A DNA stretch of 30,721 bases from a candidate division WOR-3 bacterium (GTDB taxonomy: Bacteria; Hydrothermota; Hydrothermia; JBDRYB01). The number at the start of each line of letters is the position of its first letter. The first letter of the stretch is position 1. The stretch covers positions 1 to 30,721 of the forward strand of contig JBDRYB010000022.1 of NCBI GenBank assembly GCA_039803205.1, given 5' to 3'. Of this stretch, positions 26,756-30,721 are shown one piece after another. The position numbers and the translations under genes were made by a program. The notes beneath the pieces were generated by a model that ran no database searches, was not told where the DNA came from, and saw only the letters and a program-made list of their open reading frames with translations.

Positions 26756-26759
26756 GGGG

Positions 26760-28322
26760 CTAGAGGCCAAGGCTTTTTCTTATCCTGTTATAATACATTC
26801 TGTGCTCCTCAATATATGGGTCATCTATCATCTCCGGCAGTAGCTCGCCGCAGGCCAGCTCCCTGGCCCGCTGAAGGATCTCCTCCCTCTCGGCCGGATC
26901 GCATGATGCAGAAGCCCTCCTGAGGAGAGCCTCTATCTCTGAGAGGTCTGTCCAAGCATCCTCAATCCGGTAGAAGTCTCGCCTTTTGGTTATAAGGTTA
27001 GGCTTGCCGAGAGCGCGCCTCACAAAGCTGACAACATCGTAGAGCCACTGCCGGGTCCTCTTTGTATATCTGGCCTTTGGCCAGAGGAGGTAAAACATGT
27101 GATCAGCAGATACCCCGTGCCTTGACGAGAGGAGGAGATAAACGAGGGCAAAGGCGGCTTTCTTGCTTCGCCATGCCCGGATATCTATCTCATTTCCGTT
27201 CACGAAAACCCTTGGCCCTTCAACAAGGTAAGCCCTGATACCTTCCGGCTCCTGAGAGGATTCCTCTTCCAAGAGAGGTTCTATCCTGGCCATGAACCTT
27301 CCCAGGAGGGGATCGCGCCTAAAACCTGGATAGAGAGTTATCAGAGGACCGATGAATTTCAAGGCCTCAGCGAATGCTGCGGATGTGGTTTTCCAGGCCA
27401 GAAAAGCGGCAGTGAGTCCGGCGGAAAACGCCTCCATGGGCTGAGAGGCCCTGTAATAGCCCCTGGCAGACTCAAGGAGCGGCAGGGGAATATCCCTCTC
27501 ATCTTCCGTGATAAGGGCCCTTATCTCTCCTGCTGCGGCTATTTCTTCCCACGAGCCCCTACGGGCCAACGATAGGCACTTCCTAACCAGAGGCTTTGGT
27601 GGTGGTTCCATCCCAGCCAGCCTTGAAAGCTCCATGGCCTTCGCACAAGGGAAACAGGCATAAGCCATTCCGAAATCCGCGTATCCCTGGGTTGACTCTA
27701 TGTATAGCCTCATTGAGTCATCCAACCTCCCAAGCATTCTGGCCGCCAAGCCTTTCATTTCCATGAGGTCAAAAACGAGGAGCCCTCTGTCCGCGGAGAC
27801 GGAATCAAGGGTTTTTATAGCTTTGTCGGGCTTGCCCCGGATTATCTCTATAACGGCCATTAGATACCGGGCGTGAAGAGCGTGCTCAGGCCGAGCGGAT
27901 CGTGCGAACTCAGCCATCTCAGGGTAAAGGGTCTCATACTCGGCCCTGAAGAACCTGTTCTGAAGGAGACAGAGCCTCGCAAGGGATTCTGATTTGCGAT
28001 CGCCCATTTCCTCGCTTATTTCCAGGGCCCTTAGAAACCAATTGTCAGAAGCACCCATCTCGCCCATCATTCTGTAAGCAAGGCCCAGTTTGTCAAAGAG
28101 AAATCTGGCTAGTTCTGGTTTGTCAGCTACAGCAGGGAGGAGCCTCCTGCCTATCATAACAGCCTCCGGGGAGGCCGAACGATATGTGGCCACGCAAACC
28201 CTCAGGAGATCCGCGGCTAGGGGATCCTCCTGTCTCAGTCTTCTCATGTAATCAATAAGATCTCTCTGTTTCCCTTCCCTAAATAGCCTTACTCCAAGGT
28301 TTATCCTCTCGCGGGTGTCCAC
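26760..28322 (-). CDS. TPR-repeat transcriptional regulator with a C-terminal OmpR/SARP-type winged helix and truncated BTAD (paralog 2)
   Basis: Collinear with paralog 1 (DYMR, DPLA, AY.MMGE, FPCAKA.ELSRLAG, GFR.DPLLGRF, WR.KKA, FYLLWP, TKRRDFY, ELLPE.IDD.YIEE). Start GTG 28322 (TTGAAT-18-CAGAAT-6 nt). Confidence 0.8.
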   Translation of the reverse strand: MDTRERINLGVRLFREGKQRDLIDYMRRLRQEDPLAADLLRVCVATYRSASPEAVMIGRRLLPAVADKPELARFLFDKLGLAYRMMGEMGASDNWFLRALEISEEMGDRKSESLARLCLLQNRFFRAEYETLYPEMAEFARSARPEHALHARYLMAVIEIIRGKPDKAIKTLDSVSADRGLLVFDLMEMKGLAARMLGRLDDSMRLYIESTQGYADFGMAYACFPCAKAMELSRLAGMEPPPKPLVRKCLSLARRGSWEEIAAAGEIRALITEDERDIPLPLLESARGYYRASQPMEAFSAGLTAAFLAWKTTSAAFAEALKFIGPLITLYPGFRRDPLLGRFMARIEPLLEEESSQEPEGIRAYLVEGPRVFVNGNEIDIRAWRSKKAAFALVYLLLSSRHGVSADHMFYLLWPKARYTKRTRQWLYDVVSFVRRALGKPNLITKRRDFYRIEDAWTDLSEIEALLRRASASCDPAEREEILQRARELACGELLPEMIDDPYIEEHRMYYNRIRKSLGL

Positions 28323-28383
28323 GCAGAAATTCTGAGGCCGGAAAAGGGCCGGATTCAAGCAGGATGAGGAATGAGACCTGCGC

Positions 28384-28418
28384 GTCCGAGTTTTGTCCGA
28401 GATCAAAACTTATATATT
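28384..28418 (+). promoter_or_regulatory. Heptamer direct repeat (11-bp period) upstream of a -10 box, candidate activator-dependent promoter
   Basis: GTCCGAG (28384-28390), tttt, GTCCGAG (28395-28401), 11 nt, TATATT (28413-28418). No properly spaced -35 box. Confidence 0.6.
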
Positions 28419-28442
28419 GGGCCTTAACAAAAGGAGCTTATC

Positions 28443-29969
28443 ATGACAGGAGTAATTGCCGGAATGTTTCTCTCTCAGGGAGGCTTCGCGAGGAGCGTGG
28501 GAGGGATGAGTGATGATGCGGCCTATTCCATGTCCCGGACATCGGATGCCGGTTTCACGCTCGCAGGGTTCACAGAGAGCTGGGGAGCCGGACAGGAGGA
28601 TATCATGGTCATCAAGCTGAACCCGAACGGCGAGATCGCGTGGGCAAGGGCTATAGGAGGAGCGGATCAGGATGAAGGCTACGCGGTAACGGGAACGAGC
28701 GACGGAGGAATAGTAGTGGCCGCATATACCGAGAGCTTTGGCCACGAGAATGACTTTCTGATCCTGAAGCTCAACTCAAGCGGCGGAATGGCATGGGCCA
28801 AAGCGATTGGAGGAACAGCTGTTGATTGTCCATACGCGATAGCCGTAACAGCCGATGGCGGCATAGCTGTGCTTGGCGAGACCTTCAGTTCCGGTCAGGG
28901 ATACAACGATTTCCTGATCGTCAAGCTGGCTCCAGATGGAAGCCTCTCATGGGCAAGGACCGTGGGGGCAACGAGCTGGGACCACGGATTCTCCATAGCA
29001 CCGACCGCGGATACAGGGGTAGTCGTGACCGGATACACCATGAGTTGGGGAACGGGCGGAGGTGAGCTTATTGTCGCTAAGATTGATAAGACGGGTTCTC
29101 TGGAGTGGGCAAAGATTTATGAGGACCCAAGCGCCAATTTTGACGAGGCCTACTCGGTGATCCAGACATTGGACCGCGGGTTCGCTGTAGCTGGATACAC
29201 GGTCTATTTCGGCAGCGGCGGCAGGCAAGATTTCATAGTCATGAAGCTGGACAGCGATGGAAATCCCTCATGGGTGAAGGCCTACGGCGGAAATAGCGAC
29301 GACAACGCGAATTCCATAATCCAGACATCGGACAGCGGGTTCGCCGTGGCTGGATACACCCGGAGCTATGGCGTGGGGTCAAGGGATTTCATGATCATCA
29401 GGCTGAATAAGAACGGAGACCTTATCTGGGCAAGAACCTGGGGCAGAACTGGCAAGGATGAGGCTAAATCAATAATCCAGGCCCAGGATGGGGGATTCGT
29501 GGCCGCGGGATACATTGATGGGTTTTCCTCCTATTATGACTTCGCGGCGCTCAGGCTGGGGCCTGATGGCAATTATCCAGGCTGTGTTAGCGAGTGCGTG
29601 CCCATTGTAAATACAGCCTCACCGATCGTCTATCCCGCAAATGGTTTGGTCTGTGCGGAGTATGTGCCTGATGTCTCGGCCCCTGAGCCGATTGTGACAA
29701 CTATAAATCCCGCCACCGTTAATATTTGCGATCCCCTCTACGAGGGGGTGAACGAAACGCAGGAGGGTGTGCATGAGGTGATCTCGTTGCCCATATCCGG
29801 AGGGATCATCTTCAGATCAACAAGAAGCCTGGCTCTAAAAATATATGGGCCGGACGGACGAGTAGCCTATTCTGGCAACCTAATCCCAGGCGAAAACAGG
29901 GTGTCCATGAGGCCAGGGGTCTATTTCTGGCGAGCGGAATCTTTTGGCGGAAGGATAACGGTGAGATAA
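28443..29969 (+). CDS. Secreted 7-repeat beta-propeller protein with a Cys/Pro linker and a degenerate T9SS-like C-terminal domain
   Basis: Seven ~52-aa repeats W(A/V)(R/K)xxGG...D...S/A..T.D.G..VAG.T.S.G....D....KL...G and a C-terminal GVNE...LKIYGPDGR...PGVYFW...RITVR. AAGGAG RBS. Confidence 0.85.
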   Translation: MTGVIAGMFLSQGGFARSVGGMSDDAAYSMSRTSDAGFTLAGFTESWGAGQEDIMVIKLNPNGEIAWARAIGGADQDEGYAVTGTSDGGIVVAAYTESFGHENDFLILKLNSSGGMAWAKAIGGTAVDCPYAIAVTADGGIAVLGETFSSGQGYNDFLIVKLAPDGSLSWARTVGATSWDHGFSIAPTADTGVVVTGYTMSWGTGGGELIVAKIDKTGSLEWAKIYEDPSANFDEAYSVIQTLDRGFAVAGYTVYFGSGGRQDFIVMKLDSDGNPSWVKAYGGNSDDNANSIIQTSDSGFAVAGYTRSYGVGSRDFMIIRLNKNGDLIWARTWGRTGKDEAKSIIQAQDGGFVAAGYIDGFSSYYDFAALRLGPDGNYPGCVSECVPIVNTASPIVYPANGLVCAEYVPDVSAPEPIVTTINPATVNICDPLYEGVNETQEGVHEVISLPISGGIIFRSTRSLALKIYGPDGRVAYSGNLIPGENRVSMRPGVYFWRAESFGGRITVR

Positions 29970-29990
29970 AACAATCTGCGCCTGTGGACT

Positions 29991-30317
29991 TTAACGAGGC
30001 CTCTTCCATAAATACCAGCCACGACCCCTGATCCGGTGTTTCTTGTGGCAGATCTCATCGCCTTCTTCAGGTTCTGAGAGGCATTCCCCTACCTCAACCA
30101 TTATCTTGGAAGCGGCCCCCCGGCCAACCGAGCACCTCGCACCGGTCGGGAGTATCTCAATATAAACCGGGCCCCCCCACGGACCGTCGGAGAGGATTTT
30201 CACCCTAACGCCCCTGAATATCCCCATCTCGGCTAATCGTCTCATCAATCCCCATCCGCCGCGGATCTCTCTCACGACGCATTCCTGTCCAGGCCTCAGA
30301 TCGGTTAGCCTAATCAT
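29991..30317 (-). CDS. feoA: FeoA-family ferrous iron transport protein with a C-terminal extension
   Basis: L.DL.PGQ..VV..I.GG....RRLAEMGI..G..V.I....P.GGPV...VGRG.A.KI.V pattern. Confidence 0.88.
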   Translation of the reverse strand: MIRLTDLRPGQECVVREIRGGWGLMRRLAEMGIFRGVRVKILSDGPWGGPVYIEILPTGARCSVGRGAASKIMVEVGECLSEPEEGDEICHKKHRIRGRGWYLWKRPR

Positions 30318-30322
30318 ATTTT

Positions 30323-30373
30323 TTGATTTTGAGTTTCAATAAAATTATAAAGTATGCCCTCGTGCCATTTCAA
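30323..30373 (-). promoter_or_regulatory. feoA promoter with a Fur-box-like operator over the transcription start
   Basis: TTGAAA (30373-30368), 18 bp, TATAAT (30349-30344). The inverted repeat TTGA-N9-TCAA (TTGATTTTGAGTTTCAA, 30323-30339) lies between the -10 box and the ATG. Confidence 0.6.
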
Positions 30374-30499
30374 CCTATTCGTTTCCTGATATGACCCACT
30401 TTAATTCCACCGTAAGTTCTTCTCCGGCAAGAGCTTAGACGCAAATGCCGATGGCCCAAGGACTTAACTTAGATTTGCTGAATTGAGGAGGATTATAAT

Positions 30500-30721
30500 C
30501 TGACCCTTACCCAAAACTTTCCCTAATCCTCATAATTTGTCTCCTATGGAAGGACTCCTTGAATATCCTTTCACCACTGATGGAAGTCTTGGGACATAGC
30601 AGGCGTTATGCAATGGTGAGGGATGCTGTCTCAGGGGTAATCCAATGCGGTAAGCTCTCGGTCATAACCAGAGGCCTCATGTGGCTCACGGTATCAGTGA
30701 GCGTGGATGAGGAGCCGATTA
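30500..30721 (+). mobile_element. Left end of a probable IS4-family element with a frameshifted transposase 5' part, truncated by the window edge
   Basis: CTGACCCTTACCCAAAACT (30500-30518) matches the IS50 outside end CTGACTCTTATACACAAGT at 14/19. ATG 30546 gives MEGLLEY, then one extra C, then LSPLMEVLGHSRRYAMVRDAVSGVIQCGKLSVITRGL..., open to the edge. Confidence 0.45.

Noticed and set aside
19350..28406. Longer ORF-track starts for lpxD (19406), 19431, era (24501), 24477, 26732 and 28406
   Set aside because: The extensions run through the -10/-35 boxes (the recurrent YN/QN residues are translated TATAAT/CAGAAT) and, where a family or paralog comparison is possible, add non-homologous residues.
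25116..28442. STAND/NLR-like antiphage (Avs) system, or an RRNPP quorum-sensing cassette with a peptide gene
   Set aside because: No Walker A/B or effector domain in the TPR proteins, and no small secreted-peptide ORF in the adjacent gaps.
28480..29570. Repeats in the propeller gene as a DNA repeat array, CRISPR or DGR target
   Set aside because: The repeats are protein-level and diverged in DNA. There is no repeat-spacer pattern, cas gene or reverse transcriptase in the window.
726..30009. Numerous antisense or alternate-frame ORFs (e.g. 1282-2229, 8315-8827, 17294-18091, 18531-19262, 28410-28745)
   Set aside because: They are shadows of well-supported genes and have no motifs or initiation signals.

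Overview
A 30.7 kb bacterial chromosomal segment from a diderm organism (LPS genes lpxD/lpxC, lnt, an outer-membrane barrel, T9SS-type C-terminal sorting domains). Gene style and AGG/ATA-rich codons suggest a thermophile near the FCB group, possibly candidate division WOR-3; this is inference only. Most genes are housekeeping: secD-secF, a DUF59/SufT factor, orphan rnfB-nadC, lnt, dnaB-galE, lpxD-lpxC-fabZ, a Wzz-like co-polymerase, acpP-fabF-rnc, era and feoA. The window also encodes a 1465-aa gingipain-like C25 protease, two beta-propeller proteins and two tandem TPR-wHTH-(truncated BTAD) regulators. Both window ends appear to run into insertion sequences. The most interesting signals are outside the ORF track. 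(1) A candidate ~200-nt structured non-coding RNA at ~5247-5470 has its own promoter and matches no family I recognise. (2) The paralogous ATPase-less TPR/SARP-like regulators are each flanked by a different 11-bp-period direct repeat, one placed like an activator site for a divergent secreted beta-propeller. (3) Promoter grammar is very regular (TTGxxx-18 bp-TAnnnT-TT), and at least six genes start exactly 6 nt after the -10 box (leaderless mRNAs), which corrects several ORF-track starts.
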